Below are positions 1 through 10,330 of a DNA stretch of 60,292 bases, piece by piece. The stretch comes from an uncultured Natronohydrobacter sp. (GTDB lineage: Bacteria; Pseudomonadota; Alphaproteobacteria; Rhodobacterales; Rhodobacteraceae). The stretch is from positions 1 through 60,292 of the forward strand of contig CAYNWX010000022.1 in the NCBI GenBank assembly GCA_964401005.1. The letters are read 5' to 3'. The notes beneath the pieces are model-generated. The model worked only from the letters and a program-made list of their open reading frames with translations, was not told the DNA's origin and did no database searches. Each line of letters begins with the position of its first letter. The first letter of the stretch is position 1. Both the position numbers and the translations under genes were made by a program.

Positions 1-492
1 GAGCCGCTAGATCAGTTGTTCGACCAGATCGGCCCCAACCCCGCCACCCCGCCAGAGCGTGTATTCGCGGCGGGTATGGCCGAATGGCGCCGGTCGCACC
101 GGTCTGACGGTGGGTTGATCCCCGGCGCAGTCGCCCGGATCGACCGCTCTATGGATGTGGCCATCGCGCGCGAAGGGCGCGAATTGACGCGCGGTCTGAC
201 CTTTCTGGCCTCTGTCGGGTCGGCCAGCCCCTTCGTTGGCTTGTTCGGCACGGTCTGGGGCATCAAATACGCGTTCGAAGAAATCGCATTGGCGCAATCC
301 ACCAACCTTGCGGTGGTCGCTCCGGGTATTGCAGAAGCCTTGTTGGCAACCGGCCTTGGCCTGCTGGCGGCTATTCCCGCAACCATCTTCTACAACAAGC
401 TGAGCGATGACAGCGATGAGATCCTGTCGGGCTATGAAGCCTTTGCCGACGAGTTCAACACCATCCTGTCGCGCCAATTGGACGCTGCCTGA
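1..492 (+). CDS. tolQ: TolQ (5' end outside window)
   Basis: Open from base 1. FLASVGSASPFVGLFGTVWGI and VVAPGIAEALLATGLGL are MotA/TolQ/ExbB motifs; precedes tolR. Confidence 0.95.
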   Translation, partial: EPLDQLFDQIGPNPATPPERVFAAGMAEWRRSHRSDGGLIPGAVARIDRSMDVAIAREGRELTRGLTFLASVGSASPFVGLFGTVWGIKYAFEEIALAQSTNLAVVAPGIAEALLATGLGLLAAIPATIFYNKLSDDSDEILSGYEAFADEFNTILSRQLDAA

Positions 493-493
493 C

Positions 494-964
494 ATGGGCG
501 CGCAAGTGCTGGGCAAATCCAAAGGGGCTGGGCGGCGCGGACGACGCGCGCGGACGGCCCGGATGTCGGAAATCAACGTCACGCCCTTTGTGGATGTGAT
601 GCTGGTGCTCTTGATTATCTTCATGGTCGCGGCCCCCATGTTGACCGTGGGCGTGCCAGTCGAATTGCCGCGCACTTCTGCCGGGGCGCTGCCCGCCGAG
701 CAGGAAGAACCCTTGTCCATCACCCTGACGGACGAGGGGCAGGTGCTGCTGATGACGACCGAGGTCGCGCAGGACGAACTGATCGCCCGCCTGCGCGCGA
801 TTGCCCAAGAGCGGACCAACCGCAAGGTTTTCCTGCGCGCCGATGGGTCCATCCCGTATGAGCGGGTGGTGCAGGTGATGGGCGCACTGAATGCGGGCGG
901 GTTCAATGATATCGGGCTGGTGACGGAACAGGGCGGCCCGACCTTTGACGGGCAAGGCAATTAG
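494..964 (+). CDS. tolR: TolR
   Basis: SEINVTPFVDVMLVLLIIFMV TM helix with the conserved Asp. ATG at 494, just after the tolQ stop. Confidence 0.95.
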   Translation: MGAQVLGKSKGAGRRGRRARTARMSEINVTPFVDVMLVLLIIFMVAAPMLTVGVPVELPRTSAGALPAEQEEPLSITLTDEGQVLLMTTEVAQDELIARLRAIAQERTNRKVFLRADGSIPYERVVQVMGALNAGGFNDIGLVTEQGGPTFDGQGN

Positions 965-1009
965 GGGCCATTTGCCGCCATGAGCGTAGCGAGCGACATT
1001 GTCGGACGG

Positions 1010-2083
1010 ATGGATACGGGGCAGAAGGCCTCGGCCGTGCTGCATCTTGGCCTTGTGGGCTGGGTGCTGGTGTTCGATCTGTTCCATGCGCCATCTAGCG
1101 ATCTGGAAATCCCGGTGGCAGAGGTGTCGCTCATCAGCGCGACCGAGTTTGCCGCGCTAAGTGCGCCGCCCGCGCCTGCGCCAGAACCCGCCCCAGAGCC
1201 GACACCGCCCCCGCAGCCTGCAACAGAGCCAGAGCCTCAGCCGGAACCTGAACCGGAACCGGAACCCGAATCGACCGGGGCGATTTTTTCGCCCGTGCCT
1301 ACGCCCGGCGCGACAGAGCGGCCTGCCCCGCGGCCTGTGGACCGGGTTGCGCCTACACCGACCGAAGCACCACCCGAAGATGCGACCGTCGACCTGACCG
1401 CACAGCCCCAAACCAGTGCCGATGCGCCGGGCGATGTGGTACTGCCCGAGCAAGAACAGCTTGCGCCGCCAGAAGCGACGACCGAAATCGTGACCGAGGC
1501 GACCGAAACCGCGACCGACAGTCTGGAGCGTGCGGCAGCCGCTCCAACCGTCAGCCCCCGGCCGCGCACAAGGCCGGAGCGCGCCGCCCCGGTCGAGGTG
1601 GCAGAGACACCAGAGCAGACACCAGACCCGGCGCCGCAACCGGACCCAGAACCAGAAGCGGAACCCGTAACAGATGTCGCCACGGAGGTGGCCGACGCCG
1701 TGGCCGCTGCCTTGGCTGATAGTTTGACCGGGATCGGGACCACGCCCCAACAGCCCGGGCTTAGCGCGTCCGAAGCAGACCGCCTGCGCCTTGCGATCCA
1801 GCAATGCTGGAATATCGGCACGCTTTCGACCGAGGCTCAACAAATCACGGTCACGCTTGGGTTTTCGATGACACCGGGCGCAATGCCCGAACAGGGCAGC
1901 ATTTACCTCGTCGACAGCACCGGCGGGACGGATGGTGCGGTCTCACAGGCCTTCGAGGCTGCGCGCCGTGCGATCATCCGTTGCGCAAGTTCCACCAATG
2001 GCTACGGTCTGCCCCCGGAAAGCTACGAGGCATGGCGCAACGTGGAAATTACATTCAACCCCGAAGGGATGAGACTGCGATGA
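1010..2083 (+). CDS. tolA: TolA-like cell envelope protein
   Basis: N-terminal TM with S-x3-H, Pro/Glu-rich linker, C-terminal IQQCWN...AARRAIIRC...[10 protein letters not shown] domain; lies between tolR and tolB. Alternative start 980. Confidence 0.85.
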   Translation: MDTGQKASAVLHLGLVGWVLVFDLFHAPSSDLEIPVAEVSLISATEFAALSAPPAPAPEPAPEPTPPPQPATEPEPQPEPEPEPEPESTGAIFSPVPTPGATERPAPRPVDRVAPTPTEAPPEDATVDLTAQPQTSADAPGDVVLPEQEQLAPPEATTEIVTEATETATDSLERAAAAPTVSPRPRTRPERAAPVEVAETPEQTPDPAPQPDPEPEAEPVTDVATEVADAVAAALADSLTGIGTTPQQPGLSASEADRLRLAIQQCWNIGTLSTEAQQITVTLGFSMTPGAMPEQGSIYLVDSTGGTDGAVSQAFEAARRAIIRCASSTNGYGLPPESYEAWRNVEITFNPEGMRLR

Positions 2084-3387
2084 CACGCCTTTTCACCGCA
2101 TTACTGGCAATGTTGCTGTCATTTGGCCTAGCAGCACAGGCCCAGCCGCTGCGCTTGCAGATCACCGAAGGGGTGATTGAACCCATGCCATTCGCGGTGC
2201 CTGCCTTCGTGTCCGAAGACAATGGCGGTAGCCAATATACCGAAGCGCTGTCGCGCGTTGTGGCCGCGAACTTGGCCAGCACGGGCCTGTTCAGAGAAGT
2301 GCCGCCAGAAGCACATATCGCGCGCGTGACCAGTTTTGACGCGGGCGTGTCCTACCCCGATTGGCGTGCGGTCAATGTGCAGGCGCTGATCGTCGGCGCG
2401 GTGGCCGCCAACAACTCTACCCTGACGGTCAAGTTCCGCCTGTTCGACGTGGTATCGGGCCAACAGATGGGCCAAGGCCTGCAGTTTGCGGGCAATGTAC
2501 AGGATTGGCGGCGCATGGCGCATAAAGTGTCAGACGCGGTCTATAGCCAGATCACCGGCGAAGACGGCTATTTCGACAGCCGTGTCGTCTTCGTGGCAGA
2601 ATCCGGGCCGCGCGACAACCGCACCAAGCAATTGGCGATGATGGACCAAGACGGCCAGAACATCCGCACCCTGACCGACGGGCGCTCGCTTGTGATTGCG
2701 CCGCGCGTCTCGCCCGCCGGGGACCGCGCGGTCTATACCAGCTACCAGACCGGCAGCCCGCGGATTGCGCTGATGGATTTGCGATCGGGGCAAGCACAAT
2801 TGGTGGGCGAGATACCGGGCGCGATGACCTTTTCGCCTCGGTTTTCGCCAGATGGCCGCGCGCTGGTGTTTTCGGCGGCTATCGGCAGCACGACCGACCT
2901 GTTCCGGCTAGACCTTGGCACCGGACAGATGGTGCGGCTGACCAATTCGCCCGCCATTGACACCGCGCCCAGCTTCTCACCCGACGGGCGGTTCCTGACG
3001 TTTGAGTCCGACCGCTCGGGCAGCAGCCAGATCTATGTTATGCCCGTGGGCGGCGGTGACGCACAGCGCATCAGCTTCGGCCAAGGGCGCTATTCTACCC
3101 CGGTCTGGTCGCCGCGCGGTGATCTGATTGCGTTCACCAAGTCCCATGCCGGGCGCTTTCATATCGGCGTCATGCGCTCTGACGGGTCGGAAGAGCGCTT
3201 GCTCACGGCTTCTTTTCTTGACGAAGGCCCGTCTTGGGCGCCAAACGGGCGCGTCATCATGTTCACCCGCGAGGCGCAGGGCGGGGACCCCGCGCTCTAT
3301 GCGGTCGATATCACGGGGCGTAACCTGCGCCGGGTGCCGCTGGCCTCTCCGGCGTCGGACCCGGCTTGGGGCCCTCTTCTTCCATAA
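2080..3387 (+). CDS. tolB: TolB beta-propeller protein
   Basis: Signal peptide, [12 protein letters not shown]40 repeats (PRFSPDG, PSFSPDG, PVWSPRG); ATGA overlap with tolA. Confidence 0.96.
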   Translation: MTRLFTALLAMLLSFGLAAQAQPLRLQITEGVIEPMPFAVPAFVSEDNGGSQYTEALSRVVAANLASTGLFREVPPEAHIARVTSFDAGVSYPDWRAVNVQALIVGAVAANNSTLTVKFRLFDVVSGQQMGQGLQFAGNVQDWRRMAHKVSDAVYSQITGEDGYFDSRVVFVAESGPRDNRTKQLAMMDQDGQNIRTLTDGRSLVIAPRVSPAGDRAVYTSYQTGSPRIALMDLRSGQAQLVGEIPGAMTFSPRFSPDGRALVFSAAIGSTTDLFRLDLGTGQMVRLTNSPAIDTAPSFSPDGRFLTFESDRSGSSQIYVMPVGGGDAQRISFGQGRYSTPVWSPRGDLIAFTKSHAGRFHIGVMRSDGSEERLLTASFLDEGPSWAPNGRVIMFTREAQGGDPALYAVDITGRNLRRVPLASPASDPAWGPLLP

Positions 3388-3405
3388 TCAACGGGACAGT
3401 CCAAA

Positions 3406-3930
3406 ATGAACCTGACCACGAAAACCCTTCTTCTGCTGGCCAGCCTTGCGCTGGCGGCCTGTAACAACCCGCGCCCCGGCCTGTTCGCCGGAGGCGGAGT
3501 CGATGGCTTCGGCAGCGAAACAGGCATCACAACCGGCACCTTGGGCGACCCGAATGACCCTAGCTCTATCGCGCATTTCCAGCAGCGCATCGGAGACCGC
3601 GTGTTCTTCACCGATGACAGTTCCGAGCTGACGCCAGAGGGCCGCAGCACGCTGCAAGGCCAAGCCGCATGGCTGCGTGCCAATCCGCAATTCGCCGTGC
3701 TGGTCGAAGGCCATGCCGATGAGCGCGGCACGCGCGAATATAACGTGGCCTTGGGCGCACGCCGCGCTGACACCGTGCAGCGCTTCCTGATTGCCGAGGG
3801 CATTGCGGCCAGCCGCCTGCGCACCGTCAGCTATGGCAAGGAACGCCCGGTCGAAGCCTGTGCAGAGCCGCGCTGCTGGAACCTGAACCGCCGTGCTGTG
3901 ACCGTCGTCTCTGGCGGCGTGGCGGGCTAA
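3406..3930 (+). CDS. pal: Peptidoglycan-associated lipoprotein Pal
   Basis: Lipobox LAAC; OmpA-like EGHADERGTREYNVALGARRA and SYGKERP. Confidence 0.96.
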   Translation: MNLTTKTLLLLASLALAACNNPRPGLFAGGGVDGFGSETGITTGTLGDPNDPSSIAHFQQRIGDRVFFTDDSSELTPEGRSTLQGQAAWLRANPQFAVLVEGHADERGTREYNVALGARRADTVQRFLIAEGIAASRLRTVSYGKERPVEACAEPRCWNLNRRAVTVVSGGVAG

Positions 3931-3933
3931 GCC

Positions 3934-4722
3934 ATGCAATGCTTGCGCGCCCTTTCCGTGACCTTGTGCCTGTTGGCCCTGCCCGCCGGGGCCGACACCG
4001 TGGCAGACCTGCGCGCCGAACTTGGTGCACTGACAGGCGCGGTGGCCGATCTGGCGCGCGAGCTATCCTCGGGCGAGGCGGCGGGCCAGCCGGGGTATGA
4101 CGGCACCCTTCTGGACCGCGTGACCCGGATGGAAGCGGCACTGGCCAACCTGACAGGCCGCACCGAAGAGTTGGAATTCCGTATTCGCCGAACAATTGAC
4201 GAGGCGTCGAACCGCTTGGGCGATCTGGAATTCCGGCTGACCGAACTGGAAGGCGGCAGCACTGAAGGTTTGGCCCCGCCCACGCTTGGCGCGTCATCGG
4301 GACCCGCGCAAACACCCGACACCGAAAAACCGCAGCTTGCGGCGGGCGAACAGCAAAACTTCGATGCCGCGCTGGCGCTGGCCGAAGACGGACAAGCCGA
4401 AGCAGCAGCAACGGCGCTTGCGCAATTCATCGAAACCTATCCCGGCTCTCCTCTGGGAGCAGAAGCCAGCTTCAAACTGGCCGAAGCCTATTCGTCTTTG
4501 GGGCGTGAACCAGATGCCGCACGCGCCTACCTGAACCTTTACATGGCCGGACCGGACGGCCCGGACGCACCGCGTGCGCTGCTGGCCTTGGGCGAAAGCC
4601 TTGGGCGGCTGGATCAGACGGCAGAGGCCTGCGCCATGTTCGACGAATTGCGCGCCCGCTTTGCCGACAGCGCCGAAGCCGCGCAATCAGAGGACGTGCG
4701 CGCGCGCTTTGCCTGCCCTTGA
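3934..4722 (+). CDS. cpoB: Tol-Pal protein CpoB/YbgF (TPR)
   Basis: Signal peptide, coiled coil, TPR-like C-terminus (FIETYPGSPL, AEACAMF); follows pal. Confidence 0.88.
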   Translation: MQCLRALSVTLCLLALPAGADTVADLRAELGALTGAVADLARELSSGEAAGQPGYDGTLLDRVTRMEAALANLTGRTEELEFRIRRTIDEASNRLGDLEFRLTELEGGSTEGLAPPTLGASSGPAQTPDTEKPQLAAGEQQNFDAALALAEDGQAEAAATALAQFIETYPGSPLGAEASFKLAEAYSSLGREPDAARAYLNLYMAGPDGPDAPRALLALGESLGRLDQTAEACAMFDELRARFADSAEAAQSEDVRARFACP

Positions 4723-5942
4723 CAGCCTTGCCCCAGCGCTTCGACCAAGCCATGGCGGCGCTTTTGCCGGATCCTCCGCGCACGCTGGGGGTCGCGGTTT
4801 CTGGCGGGGGCGATTCCGTAGCGCTTTTGCACCTGTGCAGCCTGTGGGCCGCGCACCATGACTGCGCGCTGCATGTGGCAACGGTCGACCATGGGCTGCG
4901 GCCAGAGGCTGCGCAGGAATGCGCATTGGTGGCCAAACAAGCCGAGCGTATCGGCGCACCGCATCTGGTGTTGCGCTGGTCTTGGGATGGCACGGGCAAT
5001 TTGCAGGACCGCGCGCGTCAGGCCCGGCAGGATTTGCTGGGCGCATGGGCGCGGGCGCATGGGATCAGCCATATCGCACTTGGCCATACGCGCGACGATC
5101 AGGCCGAAACCCTATTGATGCGACTGAAGCGGGGGTCTGGCGTGGATGGCTTGGCAGCGATGTCCCCGTCCCGCATGCAGGACGGTTTGACATGGTTACG
5201 ACCGATGCTGGACCTGCGCCGCGACACCTTGCGCGACCATCTACGCAGCATTGGCTGGGCTTGGGCGGAAGACACCAGCAATGACGACACCCGGTTCGAG
5301 CGGGTGCGCATGCGCCAAGCTATGACCGCCTTGGGGCTGGATGTTGACAGGCTGGCCGAAACCGCCGCCCATATGGCCGCCGCACGCTACGTTTTGGACC
5401 GTGCCGCACAGCAGGCCGCGACCGCGATCCTGCGCCAAGAACATGGTGATTTGGTCCTTGACCGCCACGCTCTGAACGCACTCCCGCAAGATACCCGGGA
5501 AAGGCTTGTTGCCGCTGCTTTGTGTTGGGTTGGCCAGACGCATTACCGCCCCCGGCTTGCGGCGTTGCGCGCGGCGCTCGCACCCCCTCGGAGCACGCTA
5601 CATGGTTGCCTTTTGGTGCAGAATAACACCGAGCTGCGCATCTGCCGTGAGTGGAAAGCCGTCGCGGGCCTGCACGCGCCCGCGCCGGGGCCATGGGATG
5701 GTCGATGGCTGATTGACGGACCTGCCAAGCCGGGGCTAACGACCCGCCCCCTTGGCGCAGAAGGACTGCTCGAGACCAATCGCGAAAGCTGGCTTTTGCC
5801 GCGCGACTCGCTTTTGGCAAGCCCGGCTATTTGGCGCGGGTCTGCGCTCATTGCCGCGCCTCTGGCCGGATTGAACCCCGAATACCGGGCAAAATGCCGC
5901 GCATTGCCCCTTGATTGGCCCGGATCGGGCCTCTCGCATTGA
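4719..5942 (+). CDS. tilS: tRNA(Ile)-lysidine synthase
   Basis: AVSGGGDS PP-loop, VDHGLR, GHTRDDQAET; lies between cpoB and ftsH. Confidence 0.95.
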   Translation: MTALPQRFDQAMAALLPDPPRTLGVAVSGGGDSVALLHLCSLWAAHHDCALHVATVDHGLRPEAAQECALVAKQAERIGAPHLVLRWSWDGTGNLQDRARQARQDLLGAWARAHGISHIALGHTRDDQAETLLMRLKRGSGVDGLAAMSPSRMQDGLTWLRPMLDLRRDTLRDHLRSIGWAWAEDTSNDDTRFERVRMRQAMTALGLDVDRLAETAAHMAAARYVLDRAAQQAATAILRQEHGDLVLDRHALNALPQDTRERLVAAALCWVGQTHYRPRLAALRAALAPPRSTLHGCLLVQNNTELRICREWKAVAGLHAPAPGPWDGRWLIDGPAKPGLTTRPLGAEGLLETNRESWLLPRDSLLASPAIWRGSALIAAPLAGLNPEYRAKCRALPLDWPGSGLSH

Positions 5943-6017
5943 TTGCAGCGTGTCAATCGCTATGTAACACTAGAACAACGGCGCGACCCTGCGCCGACCT
6001 GACCAAAGGAGAGGCCC

Positions 6018-7937
6018 GTGGGCAACGCACGGAATTTCGCTTTCTGGATCGTTCTGTTCCTGCTGATGATCATGTTGTTCAACATGTTCAGCAATGGCAG
6101 CAGCACATCCTCCGCTCGCAGCGTGAATTATTCAGACTTTATCAGCCGTATTGACAATAGCGAAGTCAGCCGGGTGACCATAGATGGCGAGCGTATCGTC
6201 TTTGTCGGCAGCGATGGCCAGCAATATACGACCGTGCGCCCGGATGACACCACGCTGACCCAGCGCCTGCTGGACCGTAACATTCCGGTCGAAGCGACGC
6301 CGCAGCAGCAATCGGGCTTCATGTCCACGCTCATGTTGTGGCTTCCGTTCCTGTTGCTGATCGGGGTTTGGATTTATTTCATGAACCGCATGCAGGGCGG
6401 CGGCAAAGGTGGCGCAATGGGCTTTGGCAAGTCCAAGGCAAAGCTGTTGACCGAAAAGCAGGGTCGTGTGACGTTTGACGACGTGGCGGGCATTGACGAG
6501 GCCAAAGACGATCTGGAAGAGATCGTTGAATTCCTGCGCAACCCGCAAAAATTCAGCCGCCTTGGTGGCAAGATCCCGAAAGGCGCTTTGCTTGTTGGCC
6601 CTCCGGGCACGGGTAAAACCCTGCTGGCGCGCGCTGTGGCGGGCGAAGCGGGTGTGCCCTTCTTCACCATCTCTGGCTCTGACTTCGTTGAAATGTTCGT
6701 GGGTGTCGGTGCAAGCCGTGTGCGCGACATGTTCGAACAAGCCAAGAAAAATGCGCCCTGTATCGTCTTTATCGACGAGATCGACGCCGTGGGCCGTTCG
6801 CGTGGCGTGGGCTATGGCGGCGGCAATGATGAGCGCGAACAGACCTTGAACCAGCTTCTGGTCGAGATGGACGGGTTCGAGGCCAATGAAGGTATCATCA
6901 TCGTTGCGGCCACCAACCGCCCCGACGTGCTGGACCCCGCGCTTCTGCGCCCCGGTCGTTTCGACCGTCAGGTTCAGGTGCCAAACCCCGACATCAAGGG
7001 CCGCGAAAAGATCCTTGGTGTGCATGCTCGCAAAGTGCCGCTTGGCCCGAATGTGGACCTGCGCATCATCGCACGCGGCACCCCCGGGTTCTCTGGTGCC
7101 GACCTTGCCAACCTGGTGAACGAAGCAGCCCTGATGGCAGCCCGCTCAAACCGTCGTTTCGTGGTGATGGACGATTTCGAGAATGCCAAGGACAAGGTGA
7201 TGATGGGCGCAGAGCGCCGCTCCATGGTCATGACCGAGGACGAGAAGAAGCTGACCGCTTATCATGAAGCTGGTCACGCGGTTGTCGGTCTGCATGTCCC
7301 CGAGCATGATCCGATCCACAAGGCCACCATCATCCCGCGCGGTCGTGCGCTGGGTCTGGTTCTGTCGCTGCCGGAGCGCGACCAATTGTCGGTCAGCTAC
7401 CGCAAATACAAGTCCAAGATCGCTATGGCGATGGGCGGGCGCGTGGCCGAAGAACTGGTTTTTGGGCATGATGCCGTGACTTCTGGCGCGTCCAGCGACA
7501 TCCAGCAGGTGACGAAGATCGCCCGCGCGATGGTTACGCAGTTTGGCTTCGACAAGGATCTGGGCTATGTCGACTATGCCAATGAGCAACAAAGCTATTT
7601 GGGCAGCTATGGCGGCGGGTCGAACCATTCCGGCATTACCCAGAAGTTGATCGACGACAAGGTGCGCGAACTGGTTGAAGAAGGCTACGAGACCGCAAAG
7701 CGGATCCTGACCGAGCACCGCGAACACTTGGAAAATCTAGCTCAAGGCTTGCTGGAATATGAAACCCTGACCGGCCCAGAAATTGGCCGAGTCATGCGCG
7801 GCGAACCCATTGGGCGCGACGATGACGACGCCGACAACCATTCCAGCGGAACACCTTCGGTCGCAGCGATCCCAAAAACCCGCGGCCGCAAGCGCGACGA
7901 GGGTGATGGCGGGATGGAGCCGGAACCAAGCGCCTAA
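6018..7937 (+). CDS. ftsH: ATP-dependent zinc metalloprotease FtsH
   Basis: Two TMs, GPPGTGKT Walker A, FIDEID Walker B, HEAGH. Confidence 0.99.
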   Translation: MGNARNFAFWIVLFLLMIMLFNMFSNGSSTSSARSVNYSDFISRIDNSEVSRVTIDGERIVFVGSDGQQYTTVRPDDTTLTQRLLDRNIPVEATPQQQSGFMSTLMLWLPFLLLIGVWIYFMNRMQGGGKGGAMGFGKSKAKLLTEKQGRVTFDDVAGIDEAKDDLEEIVEFLRNPQKFSRLGGKIPKGALLVGPPGTGKTLLARAVAGEAGVPFFTISGSDFVEMFVGVGASRVRDMFEQAKKNAPCIVFIDEIDAVGRSRGVGYGGGNDEREQTLNQLLVEMDGFEANEGIIIVAATNRPDVLDPALLRPGRFDRQVQVPNPDIKGREKILGVHARKVPLGPNVDLRIIARGTPGFSGADLANLVNEAALMAARSNRRFVVMDDFENAKDKVMMGAERRSMVMTEDEKKLTAYHEAGHAVVGLHVPEHDPIHKATIIPRGRALGLVLSLPERDQLSVSYRKYKSKIAMAMGGRVAEELVFGHDAVTSGASSDIQQVTKIARAMVTQFGFDKDLGYVDYANEQQSYLGSYGGGSNHSGITQKLIDDKVRELVEEGYETAKRILTEHREHLENLAQGLLEYETLTGPEIGRVMRGEPIGRDDDDADNHSSGTPSVAAIPKTRGRKRDEGDGGMEPEPSA

Positions 7938-7962
7938 TCTGAGCGCGTTAAAACCACTATCC

Positions 7963-7991
7963 AAAACCCGGCCCTAGCGGCCGGGTTTTTT
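7963..7991 (+). terminator. Rho-independent terminator after ftsH
   Basis: AAAACCCGGCC-ctagc-GGCCGGGTTTT hairpin with a T tract. Confidence 0.85.
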
Positions 7992-8150
7992 GTGGTCGAC
8001 GCAAGAAAAAAACTACCAGAGATTGAGCCTTTATGAGCTTGCCGATCAGTGGCAAAGGTGCATATCAATAGATTCTAAATGTAATCAAGCGGGCTCAATT
8101 TCAGAAAAATCTTTTATTTTTAGTATCCTACACAATTCTAAGGACATCAC

Positions 8151-9239
8151 ATGCTGATCACGATAACAGGCCCCCTTCCGAGCGGATCTAACTTCTTTGA
8201 CTTTGCCTTCGACGTTGGGCGCGGCGACGCCGACAACATAGAGTTGTTTAACAGATCTGCTTCAGAGCTTGGGTTCGTCAATTTGTTCACGAATGCGACC
8301 GTTACTTTCCAAGGGTAAAACTTGGACCTAGACGACCGATCTGACCCGCCCAACTTAACCGGCACGGTGACTGGTTGGGAAACGCGCGATGCAAGTGGCG
8401 CGGTTGTGGCAACAGTGTCCGAGATAAGCTGGTCGGGCAGTGACCTGTTCGGAGCCTTGATAAACCTCTGGGACTTCAGAAGCTCTGCGGACATCGTAAA
8501 TCTGTTTTCTTCACAGGATGTTACGGTCGATGCTCGAGGGGCTGTACAAGACCTGTCTGAACTGGATCTATCTTGGATCGATTCAAAACTGACCTATCTC
8601 GGGTCGAGCTATGAGGATGTTGTCATCGGCGGACGTGGCAATGACATCCTGCGTGGTGGTCGCGACAACGATACACTCAGCGGCGGTCTGGGAAATGATC
8701 GGCTGTTCGGTGGTGCCGGACGCGATATCCTGCAGGGCGACGGAGGGAATGACCGCCTAAATGGGGGTGGCGCAGATGACCATCTCTTTGGTGATGCCGG
8801 GCGCGATATACTCCGCGGCGGTGCCGGAAATGATACCACCGAAGGTGGCGCAGGAAATGACCGCCTTTTCGGTCAGGCAGGAAACGACAACCTGATCGGC
8901 GGTGCGGGTAACGACACCTTGAACGGTGGCGCTGGTAGCGACGAAATCGCTGGTGGGCGCGGTAATGATGTCGCAATCGGAGGGCGCGGCTCTGATCGGT
9001 TCGTGTTTCACGATGGTGACGATTCCCTCATAATCCGCGATTTCAGCTTTGGACAAAACGACCGGCTTGAGCTGGACGACGCACTCTGGACCGGCGCACT
9101 GTCAACAGCCGATGTGGTCACAACTTTCGGAAGCGTAGTTGATGGGGACTTTGTCTTGGACTTTGGAAATGGAGATGTGATCGTTCTGGAAGGCGTAACC
9201 AATGCCTCTCAACTTAGCGAATTCATCGACATTTTCTGA
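8151..9239 (+). pseudogene. RTX-type calcium-binding protein with one in-frame TAA at 8316-8318
   Basis: AAGGA RBS, then ATG 8151 MLITITGPLP...VTFQG*NLDLDD, in frame with the 8322..9239 ORF. 14 GGxGxDxLx nonapeptides and a T1SS-like C-terminus (DFSFGQNDRLEL...FIDIF). Confidence 0.75.
8628..9005 (+). repeat. 14 tandem RTX nonapeptide (27-nt) repeats
   Basis: GGRGNDILR, GGRDNDTLS, GGLGNDRLF ... GGRGSDRFV. Confidence 0.9.
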
Positions 9240-9250
9240 TCGATAACAAG

Positions 9251-9277
9251 AAGGGTGCGCCTGCCCGGCGCACTCTT
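9251..9277. terminator. Hairpin between the convergent RTX gene and lysE (terminator or degenerate REP)
   Basis: AAGGGTGCGCC-tgccc-GGCGCACTCTT. Confidence 0.55.
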
Positions 9278-9896
9278 ATGTTAGCCCGATCACCAACCCA
9301 ACACCAATCATCAGAACACCTGCAATGCGGTTTACCCGCGCCATCGCCTCGCCCGAACGCAACAGCGCGCGGGCGCGGTCTATGGCCAGTGCCATGAGCA
9401 GGTTGCCCAGCATCGGAATACTGGCCGACACGACCAGAATGGCGGCAATGTCCCACCCGTTCACCATCGTCAGGTCGAAGAAGCCCGGCAGCACGCCCAT
9501 ATAAAACAAGATCGCCTTGGGGTTGGCCAAAATAACGCTGATCCCGGCCAGAAACCCCGCCCAGCGCCCCGGCCGCGTCAGGCGGCTATCGGTCGAGATG
9601 CGCGCGCGGGCATGACGGATAAGTTGCACGCCCATCACGATGAACATACCCATGGCGACCCATTTCATCAGACCCAACAAATCGCCATAGAGCGACAAGA
9701 TCCACGTCAGCCCGAAGATCGCGGCCAAGGGCCAGAGCATATCGCCCAAGGCCACCCCAACCGCCAAGGGCGCGGCAGAGCCGAAGCCCCCCGACATGGC
9801 GCGCGCGGTCAAGGCAACCCAGACCGGGCCGGGGGTCAAGAACAGGATAAGAATGGCGCCTGCGTAAAACAGCAGGTCCAGGGGGGCAATTGTCAT
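9276..9896 (-). CDS. LysE/RhtB family translocator
   Basis: LTPGP N-terminal motif, ANPKAILF, hydrophobic overall. Confidence 0.92.
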   Translation of the reverse strand: MTIAPLDLLFYAGAILILFLTPGPVWVALTARAMSGGFGSAAPLAVGVALGDMLWPLAAIFGLTWILSLYGDLLGLMKWVAMGMFIVMGVQLIRHARARISTDSRLTRPGRWAGFLAGISVILANPKAILFYMGVLPGFFDLTMVNGWDIAAILVVSASIPMLGNLLMALAIDRARALLRSGEAMARVNRIAGVLMIGVGLVIGLT

Positions 9897-10330
9897 GCAA
9901 GCACCGGAAGGGTCAGACTGGCAACTTCGGACAAAGGCCAGAACGGGTTATGCGCCACTTCCCACACATGGCCATCCGGGTCAGCGTAATAGCCCGAATA
10001 GCCGCCCCAGAACACCGCTTCGGGGGCCTTTAGCAGGGTGGCACCAGCAGCGCGTGCTGCGGCAAAGGCGGCGTCAACCTCTGCGCGCGAGGTGAAGCAT
10101 TGCGCAAGCGTCACCGCCCCTGTGCCCAAATCCGCCCCTTCCCGGCCCTGATCCTTGGCCAATTCTGCGCGCCCAAACAGCATCAACGCCTGCCCCATGA
10201 GTTGGAAACAGACCATGCCATCAGTGGCCTCCGCCTCGATCCAGCCAAGAGCTGCGTAAAAAGCCCGGGCGCGGGCAAGGTCGTCCACCCCAAGGGTCAC
10301 AAGCGAAATACGTTGGCGCGGGAAACTCAC
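9893..10330 (-). CDS. VOC/glyoxalase family protein
   Basis: ISLVTLGVDDLARARAFY; FWGGYSGYYADPDGHVWEVAHNP. Confidence 0.92.
   Translation of the reverse strand: MSFPRQRISLVTLGVDDLARARAFYAALGWIEAEATDGMVCFQLMGQALMLFGRAELAKDQGREGADLGTGAVTLAQCFTSRAEVDAAFAAARAAGATLLKAPEAVFWGGYSGYYADPDGHVWEVAHNPFWPLSEVASLTLPVLA

Noticed and set aside
1180-1270. CC(G/T/A)GA(A/G) hexamer-like repeats
   Set aside because: They encode the ordinary EP-rich TolA linker; in frame and degenerate.
1804-2079. N-terminal extension of TolB in the ORF track
   Set aside because: It overlaps tolA; the signal peptide starts at ATG 2080.
8063-8079. Irr/ICE box upstream of the RTX gene
   Set aside because: Only the TTCTAAA half-site matches.
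8628-9005. Regularly spaced repeats as a CRISPR array
   Set aside because: These are 27-nt coding RTX repeats with no unique spacers and no cas genes.
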